Part shown: piece by piece, positions 1 through 10,297 of the stretch | Layout of the letters: each line of letters begins with the position of its first letter | How positions within the stretch are numbered: the stretch's first letter is position 1 | Origin: an uncultured Verrucomicrobiae bacterium | GTDB taxonomy: Bacteria; Verrucomicrobiota; Verrucomicrobiia; Chthoniobacterales; Terrimicrobiaceae | Assembly: GCA_963706955.1 (NCBI GenBank) | Contig: CAVPOC010000008.1 | Coordinates: 576,001 to 640,000 of the forward strand | Reading direction: 5' to 3' | Length of the DNA stretch: 64,000 nt | Position numbers and translations under genes: made by a program | The notes under the pieces: generated by a model | Databases searched by the model: none | Seen by the model: only the letters and a program-made list of their open reading frames with translations | What the model was told of the DNA's origin: nothing

Positions 1-678
1 TTCCAGTTCGAACCAGGCCCAATTTTCGCGAATATCATTCTTGCGGACGAAGTGAACCGCGCCACCCCAAAAACACAAAGCGCTCTCCTCGAAGCCATGC
101 AGGAAAGGCACGTTACAATTGCGGGACAACAGCACCGCATGCCGAGGCCGTTCCTGGTGCTGGCGACTCAAAATCCCATCGAGATGGAGGGCACCTATCC
201 ACTCCCTGAAGCTCAACTCGACCGGTTCTTGCTGAAGCTTAGCGTTCAGTATCCCGGCGCTGACGAACTCCATGAAATTCTGAATCGCACGACCCGCGAA
301 CACTTCCCTACGATTTCCACCGTTCCACTCGAAAGTCTCGACAGTCTGCGCGAACTTGTTCGCGCCGTTCCGGTAGTTCGCGAAATTGAAGCGAGGGCGG
401 TGCAACTGGTCCTCGCCACGCATCCCGAGCGCCCGGAAGCTGTGCCGCTGGCGAAAAAGTTCGTCCGCTATGGGGCGAGCCCGCGCGGTGCCCAAGCCCT
501 CATACTGTGCGCAAAAGTTAGCGCACTACTCGATGGCCGCTTTCACGTCGCCAAAGAAGACATCGACGTGTGGGCATTGCCCGCCCTGAGGCACCGGCTC
601 ATAATTAACTTTGAAGGCGAAGCGGAGGGAATCACTGCGGAGCGCGTCGTGGCCGAGGCACTTGCCTTGCCTAAGTAG
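1..678 (+). CDS. MoxR-family AAA+ ATPase, 5'-truncated by the window edge
   Basis: Frame is open from base 1: FQFEPGPIFANIILADEVNRATPKTQSALLEAMQE; also ATQNPIEMEGTYPLPEAQLDRF and GASPRGA, all MoxR signatures. Confidence 0.93.
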   Translation, partial: FQFEPGPIFANIILADEVNRATPKTQSALLEAMQERHVTIAGQQHRMPRPFLVLATQNPIEMEGTYPLPEAQLDRFLLKLSVQYPGADELHEILNRTTREHFPTISTVPLESLDSLRELVRAVPVVREIEARAVQLVLATHPERPEAVPLAKKFVRYGASPRGAQALILCAKVSALLDGRFHVAKEDIDVWALPALRHRLIINFEGEAEGITAERVVAEALALPK

Positions 679-777
679 GCATAGCTTTCACGATAGGCGC
701 CTGAACGCCACCGGACCGCGAGAGAGGCCATTTGCGGTCGGCCGCAAATCCATCCGGCTTGAGTGCGCTTGGAAACG

Positions 778-807
778 AAAACGCCGCCCGTTTGGGGCGG
801 CGTTTTT
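778..807. terminator. Probable bidirectional intrinsic terminator between the convergent MoxR and glnA genes
   Basis: AAAACGCCGCCC-GTTTG-GGGCGGCGTTTT perfect stem with A tract and T tract. Confidence 0.75.
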
Positions 808-830
808 GGCGCAGAGTGCTAACCCGAAAG

Positions 831-1844
831 TCAGTTCGTCGGCACCGTGGCGATCGTTTGAAGGATCCGGCTGGCGACCTTGTAGGGGTCAGCCGCAGAA
901 TTCGGACGACGATCCTCGAGGTATCCCCGATATCCGCTGTTAACGAAGCTATGCGGAATACGGATTGATGCTCCGCGATTGCCGACGCCGTAGTTGAACT
1001 TGTCTATCGACTGAGTCTCGTGCAGTCCAGTCAGACGCAAGTGGTTGTCAGGACCATAGACGGCGATGTGCTCATTGCGATACTTCTCGAAGGTCTCCAT
1101 GAGTTTCTCAAAGTATTCCTTTCCGCCGACTTCGCGCAGATGCTTGGTGGAAAAGTTGCAGTGCATTCCCGAACCATTCCAATCGCCGCGAATGGGCTTG
1201 CAATGGAGTTCGAGGTCCACGCCGTAAGTCTCCCCAAGGCGTGCCATCAGATACCGGGCAACCCAGACGTCGTCCGCGGCTTTCCTGGATCCTTTGCCGA
1301 AAATCTGGAATTCCCACTGTCCCTTGGCTACCTCCGCATTAATTCCCTCATGTCCAACGCCGGCGTAGAGACACAGATCGAGATGCTTGTTGACAATGTC
1401 ACGGGCAAGCTCTCCCACGTAGGAATAACCTACCCCTGTGTAGTATTGGCCCTGCGGAGGAGGAAACCCGTCATTCGGGAATCCGAGCGGTCGGCCGTCC
1501 TTTAAGAGGAAATACTCTTGCTCGAAGCCGAACCAGGCGTCGGGATCATCAAAAATTGTCGCCCGTGAATTACTTGGGTGAGGACTGCCATCAGGCCAGA
1601 GCACCTCTGACATAACGATGGCGCCGTTCGGCCTGGTCGCGTCCGGATACACTCCCACCGGCTTGAGAACGCAATCGGAGGCACGTCCCTCCGCCTGCTT
1701 TGTTGAACTGCCATCAAATCCCCAGTTCGGCACCTGCTCCAAGGTGGGAAAACTCTCGAAGTCCTTTACCAGAGTCTTGCCTCGAATATTGGGAATCGGC
1801 TCATAGCCATCGAGCCAGATGTATTCCAATTTGTACTTCGCCAT
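831..1844 (-). CDS. glnA: Glutamine synthetase type II (GSII)
   Basis: MAKYKLEYIWLDG, WGFDGSST, GFEQEY, INAEVAKGQWEFQ, DWNGSGMH, RLTGLHET, YLEDRRP. Start set at the ATG at 1844. Confidence 0.95.
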   Translation of the reverse strand: MAKYKLEYIWLDGYEPIPNIRGKTLVKDFESFPTLEQVPNWGFDGSSTKQAEGRASDCVLKPVGVYPDATRPNGAIVMSEVLWPDGSPHPSNSRATIFDDPDAWFGFEQEYFLLKDGRPLGFPNDGFPPPQGQYYTGVGYSYVGELARDIVNKHLDLCLYAGVGHEGINAEVAKGQWEFQIFGKGSRKAADDVWVARYLMARLGETYGVDLELHCKPIRGDWNGSGMHCNFSTKHLREVGGKEYFEKLMETFEKYRNEHIAVYGPDNHLRLTGLHETQSIDKFNYGVGNRGASIRIPHSFVNSGYRGYLEDRRPNSAADPYKVASRILQTIATVPTN

Positions 1845-1950
1845 ATTGTCTTTGGTTGAATGTCTATTTTTGAGCGGATCCGCCTGCTGTCCACCGCATA
1901 CTGTTGATTTCTTCTGTCCTCGTGTCCCTTTCAGGCGTGTCGGAGACAAA

Positions 1951-1966
1951 AGCAGGAAGCATGCCA
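1951..1966 (-). promoter_or_regulatory. Putative sigma-54 (-24/-12) promoter for glnA
   Basis: Minus strand TGGCATGCTTCCTGCT has GG-N10-GC spacing about 107 bp upstream of glnA, a classic RpoN target. Confidence 0.6.
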
Positions 1967-2128
1967 CCTGCCAACAAAATGATGCTGAAGACCCTAGCCG
2001 ATTTACGCACCGTCAGAGACTAGCTATCCGACCCGGCGATGCAACTATTTCGCCATCGTGAAAGCGAGCTGGTTGATGCTTGCTTCGGAGCTTGCTCGGT
2101 CCTTCTGGTAGGCCATGTTGGCTCCAGC

Positions 2129-2599
2129 ATGAACGAGGTCAAGGATACGTTGAGGGCAAAGGTTCGCATCGGCTACGATGGGCGTGTTCATAAGACGTTT
2201 CGCGGACCGAAGGCCGATGAGCGCTTTGCCAATGAAGTCCGTGTGCTCCGGCATCTTGAAAGCCACGGATGCCCGTTCGTGCCAAGGCTTATTGAGATCC
2301 ATCCGGATGAACTCAAGATTGTCACAACCAACTGCGGGACACGTGTCGAGCATCTCGACGAGGACCGTGCCAAAGAGCTCTTTGCAGAGCTGGAACATTA
2401 TGGCGTCAGGCATGATGATGCCGAGGTAAGGAACGTAACTTACCGACAGTCCGACGGCCGCTTCTGCTTGATCGACTTCGAGTTTTCCACGATCCTTCCC
2501 GGCTTCGAAGAATCGAATGACGGACGGACAACGCATAATCCCGGCACAACTGCAGTGGTTCGGGTTGACGGACAAGGGCAAGATTCGACCGAACAATGA
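2129..2599 (+). CDS. Small protein-kinase-like fold protein (mini Ser/Thr kinase or phosphotransferase)
   Basis: VHK-type Lys, FANEVRVL alphaC Glu, HDDAEVRN catalytic loop (HxDxxxxN), LIDFE (DFG-like). Confidence 0.7.
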   Translation: MNEVKDTLRAKVRIGYDGRVHKTFRGPKADERFANEVRVLRHLESHGCPFVPRLIEIHPDELKIVTTNCGTRVEHLDEDRAKELFAELEHYGVRHDDAEVRNVTYRQSDGRFCLIDFEFSTILPGFEESNDGRTTHNPGTTAVVRVDGQGQDSTEQ

Positions 2600-3356
2600 A
2601 GATTCCTTTCTTTGCCTTCAATTCGACGCTGTTGAGTTGCAATACCTGGGAAAGTACGGCCAAGCGCCCTCCCAAAACTGCGATTTCGTCTTTGCTGTAA
2701 GCGACGGGATGGGCGGCGCAATGGCTGGAGAGTTCGCCAGCCGAGTCACTGTTGATAAGGTCACGCGCCTCTTACCCCCGGCTTTCAAGCGATCCGCCGC
2801 TGGCCTACCGAATGATTTCGAGGACGTTCTCGACGAGTTGTTTGAAGAGATTCACCGCTCGCTGATGTTTCTCGGCTCCACAGACCCCGATTGCGCGGGA
2901 ATGGGAGCCACCCTGAGTATGTGCTGGTTCACACCGGGCTGGATGTATTTCGGACACATCGGAGACAGTCGGATCTACTATTTGCCAAAGGAGGAGGGAG
3001 GGATCAAACAAGTCAGCCACGATGACACCTATGCAGGCTGGCTCTTTCGCAACGCCAAGATCAGCGAATTCGAAGCACGCCAGCATCCTAGCCGTCACTC
3101 TCTGCAGCGAGCCCTCGGCGCCGACAATCAATTCGTCGATCCACAGGTGGGAGCCGTCGCTTGCGAACCCGGAGACCTTTTCCTTCTCTGCAGCGACGGC
3201 CTAGTCGACGGCCTCTTCGACTCTCAGATCCTCGACATCCTTTCGAGCTCCCAGCCGTTCGGAACGGGATCAAACCCGGCCGAACGCCTTGTCCGACAGG
3301 CTGTCTTGCAGGCTGGACGCGACAATACGACCGTCGTGGTCGTCGAGGTTCAATAA
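2517..3356 (+). CDS. PP2C/PPM-family Ser/Thr protein phosphatase
   Basis: RPNNEDS, VSDGMGG, HIGDSRIY, LCSDGL, GRDNTT motifs. Confidence 0.93.
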   Translation: MTDGQRIIPAQLQWFGLTDKGKIRPNNEDSFLCLQFDAVELQYLGKYGQAPSQNCDFVFAVSDGMGGAMAGEFASRVTVDKVTRLLPPAFKRSAAGLPNDFEDVLDELFEEIHRSLMFLGSTDPDCAGMGATLSMCWFTPGWMYFGHIGDSRIYYLPKEEGGIKQVSHDDTYAGWLFRNAKISEFEARQHPSRHSLQRALGADNQFVDPQVGAVACEPGDLFLLCSDGLVDGLFDSQILDILSSSQPFGTGSNPAERLVRQAVLQAGRDNTTVVVVEVQ

Positions 3357-3366
3357 GAGAAATCCG

Positions 3367-4041
3367 CTAACGCGGCGGGAGCATCAGCACGTTGCGAGCG
3401 CTGCGGTTGCCCAGGGTGAAATCGCCTCCCAGGAACACACCGTCCGGCGCTATCTTAATCGTTCTCACAGCGCCAGAAAGGGTCTGCCCGGTTATTATCG
3501 GCTCATCCAACGCGCCGTCGGCATTCAGCCGGGCTATCCCGTGACGGGAGACGCCGAAGATCGCATTGAAATTCCCACCGACGAGAATTTTGCCGTCCGG
3601 TTGCACAGCGAGAGCGAAAACGCTTCCATTGATGCCTGGGCTGGCACCACCGCCAAACGCCGCGTCTACCTGGCCGTTTGCGTCATAGCGCACAAGATTC
3701 AAAATCTCCCTTTGGCCCGCCTGAGAGAAAGTTCCGCCGGCAAGAATCTGTCCGGTTGGCTGGATGGCCAACGCGTTCACCTGGCCGTTCACCCCTTCCT
3801 GCTCAGCAAACGAACGGTCCAGCGTTCCGTCTGGATTCAGTCGCGCGATGTTATTACGCACGATGCCATTAACCGCGGTAAAGCGGCCACCGATCACGAT
3901 CTTACCGTCCACCTGCACGACAGCGGCGAGGACTTCGCCATTGACACCTTCGCCAGAACCGAAGGCGGAGGAGAGGGCGACCTCGTTTTGGGCATGCACC
4001 GCCTCAATCACCATGGCCAGAACCACGAGGAATGTTCTCAC
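3367..4041 (-). CDS. Secreted delta-60 repeat (DUF5122-like) protein
   Basis: Signal peptide followed by three repeats of the type AxQPDGKILxGGxF...IARLNxDGxLD. Confidence 0.85.
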   Translation of the reverse strand: MRTFLVVLAMVIEAVHAQNEVALSSAFGSGEGVNGEVLAAVVQVDGKIVIGGRFTAVNGIVRNNIARLNPDGTLDRSFAEQEGVNGQVNALAIQPTGQILAGGTFSQAGQREILNLVRYDANGQVDAAFGGGASPGINGSVFALAVQPDGKILVGGNFNAIFGVSRHGIARLNADGALDEPIITGQTLSGAVRTIKIAPDGVFLGGDFTLGNRSARNVLMLPPR

Positions 4042-4126
4042 AGCCCCAATCCATCCGCGAAATCTCCCAAAATCAAGCTCTGACCGCTTGATTCGGATTT
4101 CGGATTGCGCGAACCTCGCCTCCGAC

Positions 4127-4200
4127 GCACCCGTAGCTCAATTGGATAGAGCGACAGCCTCCGGAGCTGTAGGTTGTGGGTTCGAGCCCCGCCGGGTGCA
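4127..4200 (+). tRNA. tRNA-Arg(CCG)
   Basis: GCACCCG/CGGGTGC acceptor stem, TAGCTCAATTGGATAGAGC D arm, ACAGC-CTCCGGA-GCTGT anticodon arm, GGTTCGAGCC T loop. Confidence 0.97.
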
Positions 4201-4257
4201 CTTATTGAACCTTCCCATCCTCGAGGGGAACGGGCCGAACGACTGCGGAGAAATACG

Positions 4258-5525
4258 GGGTCTCCACCAAATTTTGGGGATGGGGTAGGTTTGATTGGTA
4301 TATTTAGCCGCATTGAGCAATAACGCGAAGGCGGTAGTTGGAGAAGTTTTTAAAGCCGTAAGCTCGGCGTTGAATGAGTTTCATTTTGCGATGGAAGCCT
4401 TCAGTAATGCCGTTGTTTTTGGTAAAGCGCCACATGGCCGCCAAGGGTTCTCTCCAGCGCGATAAGGTGTCAGCCAAAGTCAACATCGAGGAGAAGCAAC
4501 TGGCTTTGAGCTCAGCGATAAAATCCAGAAGTCTCTTAGCCAAAGGGCGGCAAGCACGCTTTGTTTGATGCTTAATATTCAAGAGGGCGCGCAGCCGATG
4601 CATGGCCTCATAGAGGGGTTGGAGAGCAGGGTATTTGGCAAAGAGGGCTTGGAGGCGCAGGCAATCAGTGGGCGCGAGGTTGTCCTCTCGTTTGCGCAGA
4701 GCCCCCAGGAAGCCGCGGTGGTTCTTGATTGTGGGGGCAATCTGGCGAGCTAACTCCAGGAAGTGCTGGGTGACAATGCGGATGACATGGAAGCGATCGG
4801 CAACGATCTTGGCTCTGGGAAAGTAAGAGGCAATCAGGCTGCGATAGGGACTGGAGAGATCGATGCAAACGACGCGCACCTTCTCTTTGCCTTGGAGGGC
4901 AGCCAGAAAGGAGCGCAGAGCGCTCGGAGTGCGTCCCGCAACGACGTCGAAGACGCGGTGGTTCTTCAGATCGCAGAAGGTGGTGGCAAAGCGCTGCCCT
5001 TTGTGCAGGGTGTGCTCGTCGATGCCGAGAACCTGAGGGCATTGCAGGCTCAAACGTTCTCTGGCCTGACGGGAAGTAAATTCCGCATAGATCCGCTCGA
5101 CGGTGGCGCTGCCCAGCTTCATGAGGCGCGCGAGAGCCGAGGCACAAATGCCTTCGTGATGCTGGCTATAGACCTTCTGTCGCCAGGGTTCGGTGCTGCG
5201 CTTCCAGGGCCGCAAACCGGGCGTCTCGGGCAGAAAGCTGCGACCGCATGCCCGGCACTCAAAGCGCCGGGTTTCGATATGAAGAAGGCTCGGCAACCCA
5301 AAGGAGTTTAGATGCCGAGCGCGCCGTCGATAACGCCCTTTAGCTACGATGCGGGGGCTGGCGCAGCACCGACAGCAATCGGGTTCCCTTTCCAGTTCCA
5401 AGTGCACGAGCACTTGCTTGTTGCTTTCGCTCCGCAAGACGCGGTAGCCTCTTAGTCCGATATCACACACAGGGGGCATGGTGGTCTTTCATTGACCCCA
5501 TGTCCCCACTTTTTGATGGAGAGCC
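4258..5525 (-). mobile_element. ISL3-family insertion sequence, complete copy
   Basis: Terminal inverted repeats GGGTCTCCACCAAATTTTGGGGA (from 4258) and GGCTCTCCATCAAAAAGTGGGGA (minus strand from 5525) enclose the transposase. Confidence 0.88.
4304..5479 (-). CDS. ISL3-family transposase
   Basis: N-terminal zinc-finger Cys pairs, LGIDE, VCIDLS, DRFHV, NNGITEGFHRKMKLIQRRAYGFKNFSNYRLR. Confidence 0.95.
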   Translation of the reverse strand: MPPVCDIGLRGYRVLRSESNKQVLVHLELEREPDCCRCCASPRIVAKGRYRRRARHLNSFGLPSLLHIETRRFECRACGRSFLPETPGLRPWKRSTEPWRQKVYSQHHEGICASALARLMKLGSATVERIYAEFTSRQARERLSLQCPQVLGIDEHTLHKGQRFATTFCDLKNHRVFDVVAGRTPSALRSFLAALQGKEKVRVVCIDLSSPYRSLIASYFPRAKIVADRFHVIRIVTQHFLELARQIAPTIKNHRGFLGALRKREDNLAPTDCLRLQALFAKYPALQPLYEAMHRLRALLNIKHQTKRACRPLAKRLLDFIAELKASCFSSMLTLADTLSRWREPLAAMWRFTKNNGITEGFHRKMKLIQRRAYGFKNFSNYRLRVIAQCG

Positions 5526-6687
5526 CGATAACGCGAAGGCGGTAGTTGGAGAAGTTTTTAAAGCCGTAGGCGCGGCGTTGGATGAGTTTGAATTTGCGAT
5601 GGAAGCCCTCGGTGATGCCATTGTTTTTGGTGAAGCGCCACATGGCCGCGAGAGGTTCTCTCCAGGCCGACAAGGTTTGAGCGAGGGTAAGGAGCGAGGG
5701 GAAGGCACTGGCTTTGAGCTCATCGATAAAATCGAGGAGTTTCTTAGTGAGAGGACGGCAGGCGCGTTTTGTTTGATGTTTGAGGTTGAGGAGAGCGCGA
5801 AGTCGATGCATGGCGTCATAGAGGGGCGCGAGAGCAGGATATTTAGCAAAGAGCGCCCTGAGGCGCTGGCGGTCAATGGCCGAGAGGTTGTCCTGTCGTT
5901 TACGCAGGGCAGCCAGGGAGCCGCGATGGTTCGTGATAGGAGGGGCGATCTGACGGGCCAGCTCCAGGAAGTGTTGGATGACAATGCGGATGACATGGAA
6001 GCGATCGGCAACGATCTTGGCTCTGGGGAAATAGGAAGCAATCAGGCTGCGGTAGGGACTTGAGAGATCGATGCAAACCACGCGAACCTTGTCTCTGCCT
6101 TGGAGAGCGGCCAGAAAGGAGCGCAGATCCCTTGGACTGCGGCCGGCAACAATATCGAAGACCCGGTGGTTCTTAAGATCACAGAAGGTGGTGGCAAAAC
6201 GTTGCCCCTTGTGAAGGGTGTGCTCGTCGATACCGAGAACCCGAGGGCATTGAAGACTCAAACGTTCCCTGGCCTTGCGAGAAGTAAATTCCCCGTAGAT
6301 GCGCTCCACGGTGGCGCTCCCCAGCTTCATAAGACGCGCCAAAGCCGAGGCGCAAATGCCTTCATGGTGCTGGATGTAGACCTTCTGCCGCCAGGGTTCG
6401 GTGCTGCGCTTCCAGGGCCGCAATCCGGGCGTCTCGGGAAGGAAACTGCGACCACAAGCCCGACACTCAAAGCGCCGGGTCTCGATCTGAAGAAGGCTCG
6501 GTAAGCCAAAGGAATTTAGATGCCGAGCGCGCCGTCGGTAACGTCCCTTGGCGACAATGCGCGGGCTGGCACAGCACCGACAGCAATCCGGTTCCCTTTC
6601 CAGTTCCAAGTGCACAAGCACTTGCCGATTGCTTTCGCTCCGCAAGACGCGGTAGCCTCTTAGTCCGATATCACACACAGGGGGCAT
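5452..6687 (-). CDS. ISL3-family transposase, diverged paralog; native C-terminus (AQCG in copy 1) replaced by read-through into the neighbouring IRL
   Basis: Same motifs as 4304-5479 with many substitutions; tail GLSIKKWGHG... is translated from the IRL. Confidence 0.9.
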   Translation of the reverse strand: MPPVCDIGLRGYRVLRSESNRQVLVHLELEREPDCCRCCASPRIVAKGRYRRRARHLNSFGLPSLLQIETRRFECRACGRSFLPETPGLRPWKRSTEPWRQKVYIQHHEGICASALARLMKLGSATVERIYGEFTSRKARERLSLQCPRVLGIDEHTLHKGQRFATTFCDLKNHRVFDIVAGRSPRDLRSFLAALQGRDKVRVVCIDLSSPYRSLIASYFPRAKIVADRFHVIRIVIQHFLELARQIAPPITNHRGSLAALRKRQDNLSAIDRQRLRALFAKYPALAPLYDAMHRLRALLNLKHQTKRACRPLTKKLLDFIDELKASAFPSLLTLAQTLSAWREPLAAMWRFTKNNGITEGFHRKFKLIQRRAYGFKNFSNYRLRVIGLSIKKWGHGVNERPPCPLCVISD

Positions 6688-6733
6688 GGTGGTCTTTCAT
6701 TGACCCCATGTCCCCAATTTTTGATGGAGAGCC
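5526..6733 (-). mobile_element. Second ISL3 element, 3'-truncated (left inverted repeat only), abutting the first copy
   Basis: IRL GGCTCTCCATCAAAAATTGGGGA ends at 6733. The sequence switches to the first copy's IRL right after the YRLRVI codons. Confidence 0.85.
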
Positions 6734-7009
6734 AGAATACGCAGCTGTTTCGTAGGGCTTCCTCCCGGTTGAAACCAGCAATCGTAACCAAGCCCTCGAT
6801 TGTCGCAGGCCTGCTGAAGATAGCCAAGGGCTACCGAGCTCAAGCGAAGCTCAATGCCTTTCCATCCAAGAGCTTATGAGATCTGGGTTCTAGTCGCCGG
6901 TGCTTCAACAATAAGCAAAGTGAAATCAGAGGGCAGACTCTCTCCTATTAGGTGTGGATCACCTTAGTTTTCCCGGACCAGTCTGACACTTCTTTGCAAG
7001 TTAAACTAG

Positions 7010-7034
7010 GATCCGAGATCAGATGAGAGTCGTA
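7010..7034 (+). promoter_or_regulatory. Possible ECF-sigma promoter (GATCC-N16-CGTA)
   Basis: GATCC at 7010-7014 and CGTA at 7031-7034, upstream of the TPR/DUF4331 cluster. Resembles SigK/RpoT-type ECF promoters as I recall them. Confidence 0.3.
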
Positions 7035-7086
7035 GTAATTGTTAAAACCAGCCTAATGATGTTGACCTCTGAGACGGATTTCATCT

Positions 7087-8592
7087 ATGAAGATCGCTGG
7101 TCCACGAGCTCAGGCGATGATCAAAGATGCCTTATCTCCGCGGGCAATCCTCGCAGTTCATCGCCAATTACAGAGGATATTCGTTCCGGCCATCCTATGC
7201 GCGAGCGTCTTAGTGTTTGTCTCCACCGGACTTAGCGAAGATCGGGGACGTTTGCCTCGGGCGGTGGTCGATCTCCCCACCGCGAAGCACAGTGCAAACT
7301 TAGCGACGACTTACCCCGAATTGCGCGCGGCAATCTCCTACAAGATAGTGCTCAGCCCTCATGTCGGTGCAGCAGAAATTGATCGTAACATCCAAATCGC
7401 ACAGCGCCGCGTCAAGCAAGCGTCCGATCCGCGCCCATTCCTGGAACGGCTGGGTTGGCTTTACGTCACCAAGGCGCGGACAAGTCACGATCAAGGCTTT
7501 TACAAGCTGGCTGAACAGTGCGCATTGGCATTGGAAACTGCCGACTCGAAGAGTCCGGCAGCGTTGCTCCTGCGCGGCCACGTTCTCATTAGCTTTCATC
7601 GCTTTGCGGAGGCCGAGGCTATTGCCAAAGAACTCGTCGCGCAACGCACGCTCCCCTTCGACTACGGACTGCTGGGCGATGCGCTGGTTGAACAGGGCCG
7701 CCTTGCCGAGGCCGTCGATGCCTACCAGCGCATGGTTGACCTTCGGCCTGACTTGCAATCCTACAGCCGGGTCGCTTATATGCGCTGGCTGAAAGGGGAT
7801 CTCGACGGCGCCATCGAGGTGGCCCGCCTGGCGGCTCGGGCTGCGAGCCCGCTCGACCCAGAGTCTGCATCGTGGTCTCTTACGCGCCTCGGGCACTATT
7901 ATTTGCAGGCCGGTTCGCTTGCCGATGCCAAGGCAGCTTGCGAGGCGGCTCTAACATATTCAGCTGAACTATCCTGCAGCCTTATTGCTGAAGAGCCGAT
8001 TTCTGCTCCTCGAGGACAACACTGCCGAGGCGACTATTGCCCTGCAAGGTGCCGTGGCCGTCAATCCGCTGCCCGAATTTCAGTGGGCCCTGGCTGACAA
8101 CCTCCACGCGGCAGGTCGCGTCGACGAAGCCGCCAAAGTCGAAGCGACTCTAATGCAGACCGGCATGCAGAGCGATCCGCGGACGTTTGCTCTGTTCCTG
8201 GCGACCCGGGGTGAGCAGACAGAATTAGCGGTTCAACTCGCGCAACGCGAATTGCAGGCCCGCGCAGACATTTTTACGCACGATGCGCTGGCGTGGGCGC
8301 TCGCTGCCGCGGGTCGACTCGACGAGGCATGGCCGCACATGGAGAAGGCGCTGGCCGAGGGCACCATCGATGCGCGGCTCTTCACCCACGCCGGAGTGCT
8401 TGCGGCCAAACTCGGACGCACGACCGAAGCCGAGTCGTGGCTGACCAAAGCCCGCAGCCTGCAGCACATGTTGCTCCCGTCGGAACATCAGCAACTCGCC
8501 GCGACATCGGCCTCCCTGGAGGCACCGGACGGCGCTCCATCTGCGGGTCCCGCAGCGACCGAAGCGATTTCCAGCGCGAGAAGAGCAATTAG
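7087..8592 (+). CDS. Tetratricopeptide-repeat protein, split by frameshift(s) near 7970 and probably near 8580
   Basis: TPR helices (YGLLGDALVEQGRLAEAVDAYQRMVDLRP; DALAWALAAAGRLDEA) continue across ORFs 7087-8097 and 7985-9007. Start and end are approximate. Confidence 0.75.
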
Positions 8593-8635
8593 CGAAAGCT
8601 TCACTCGCAAACAAAAACAAGGAAGGGAAAGAAAA

Positions 8636-10185
8636 ATGAAAATCAATATCATCACACTCACAGCAGCCGTTTCGCTGGCGATGGCGTCGCCCCCGGCGGC
8701 GCATGCATCTAGCCACATGGATGCGCCACTGATCACCCGCGATCCATCGGCTAACACCACCGACGTATACGCTTTCGTTGACCAGGACGAGCAAGCAAAA
8801 CAGATTTGGTCGGCGGAGGAACCCAGCCGCCGAAATCCCTTGTCGTCGCCCTTGCCGTCTATCCCCACGAGGAACCGGGAGTCGGGCCGAATATTTACAA
8901 CTTCGACGACAATGTGCTTTACGAGATCCATGTGGCGACCGGCCGTGATGTCGCGGCGGGCAGAGCTACCATCAGCTATCAGTTCCGATTCACGACTACT
9001 TTCCTGAACCAGAACACCATTCTGGATTCCTACCTGGGCGTTTAGGTCTAGATCCGCTGATGCCATCCACGACGCCAATCAGAACCTGCGTCAGACATAC
9101 ACGGTCACCAAGGTCAATTGGCACTCGAAGACCGTCCTCGGCACGGGCATCGTTCCGCCGAACAACCAGGGTAGACGCAACGCCCTTCTACAACCAGGGC
9201 GATCGACGGCGACAATCCGGCCAAGGATGGCGTTTCGACGGATGATCGAACTCGACCAGTATACCCAAGAAGCCATCACCGATTCATGGACAAAGGAGAT
9301 GGCTATGTCGCCTTCGCCGGCCAGAGGGACGACGGCTTCTACGCCGATATCAACTCCATCTTTGATCTGCTGAGTCTCCGGAATCCGGGAAAAGATTCAC
9401 AAGGGGGTTTCAACCTCCACCTTATGGCGTTGAGAATCCCGATCGCGGAACTGGGCTGGCGGTGACCAGCAAATCGTCGGTGTTTATGCCACAACCAGCC
9501 GTCAAAAGGTTACCGTGTTGCGAGACAGGCCGCGGGGGCAATAAGACAGAAGAACAACTCCTCCTCTTCGTGGGTGCAGGTTGCGCGCCAGGGCAACCCG
9601 CTCTTCAACGAAGGCCTCGTCGCCATCGTGGACAAGGACCTTTACAGCCGCACCAGCCCGACGGTGGACAATCGAATTCTTTCAGCAAGTATGCGCTCAA
9701 CCCGGAACTGCGCGCTGATTAATGCCGCTCCGGTTGCTCCTTGGATCCCCGGCCGTAACAACCGGACGACCGATATCGCGGCCATCTATATCCCCGACCT
9801 GATCAAGGTGGATCTCTCGACGCCGGGCGTGCGTCTTCGCCGGCAGCGGCCCAGCGGCATCCGACGAATCCGGATGATCCCGGCTTCTCGCGCCTGAGCA
9901 TCTTCGGTGGCGATGTGCTTCCAGAGCGAGATTCCAGGTCATCCGTTCAACATCGGCGGATTCGTCCCCGGCGGCTGGCCCAATGGTCGCCGCTTCGGCG
10001 ACGACGTGGTGGACATCGCGGTAACTGCTCTCATTAGCGATCTGCGCGATCCTGACAATCTGATCATTCGCGTGGCGGACGGCAATGACGGCGTGAGCAG
10101 AAACGACATCGGTTTCAACAAGACGTTCCCCTACGAAGGCACGCCGCAGAACGGCCGCAACCACGCGCACCCTGCACCAGTCTAA
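8636..10185 (+). pseudogene. DUF4331-family secreted protein with many frameshifts (pseudogene or assembly errors)
   Basis: Signal peptide then SSHMDAPLI...NTTDVYAF; fragments FDDNVLYEIHV, FAGQRDDGFYAD, QVARQGNPLFNEGLV, GWPNGRRFGDDVVDI, FNKTFPY in shifting frames. Confidence 0.8.
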
Positions 10186-10297
10186 GTCCAAGTCAGAGCC
10201 CAACACCTTAGCTGCCCTGCACGCGGCCGGTCCAGGCCGGATCGTGAACTCCGCTCCGAACAGTAACGAGTCTGAGGTAGATCACTCGCATGAGTTG

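Noticed and set aside
7985..9007. TPR-DUF4331 fusion protein
   Set aside because: An internal purine-rich RBS, ATG at 8636 and a signal peptide indicate a separate gene. The read-through is best explained by an indel near 8580.
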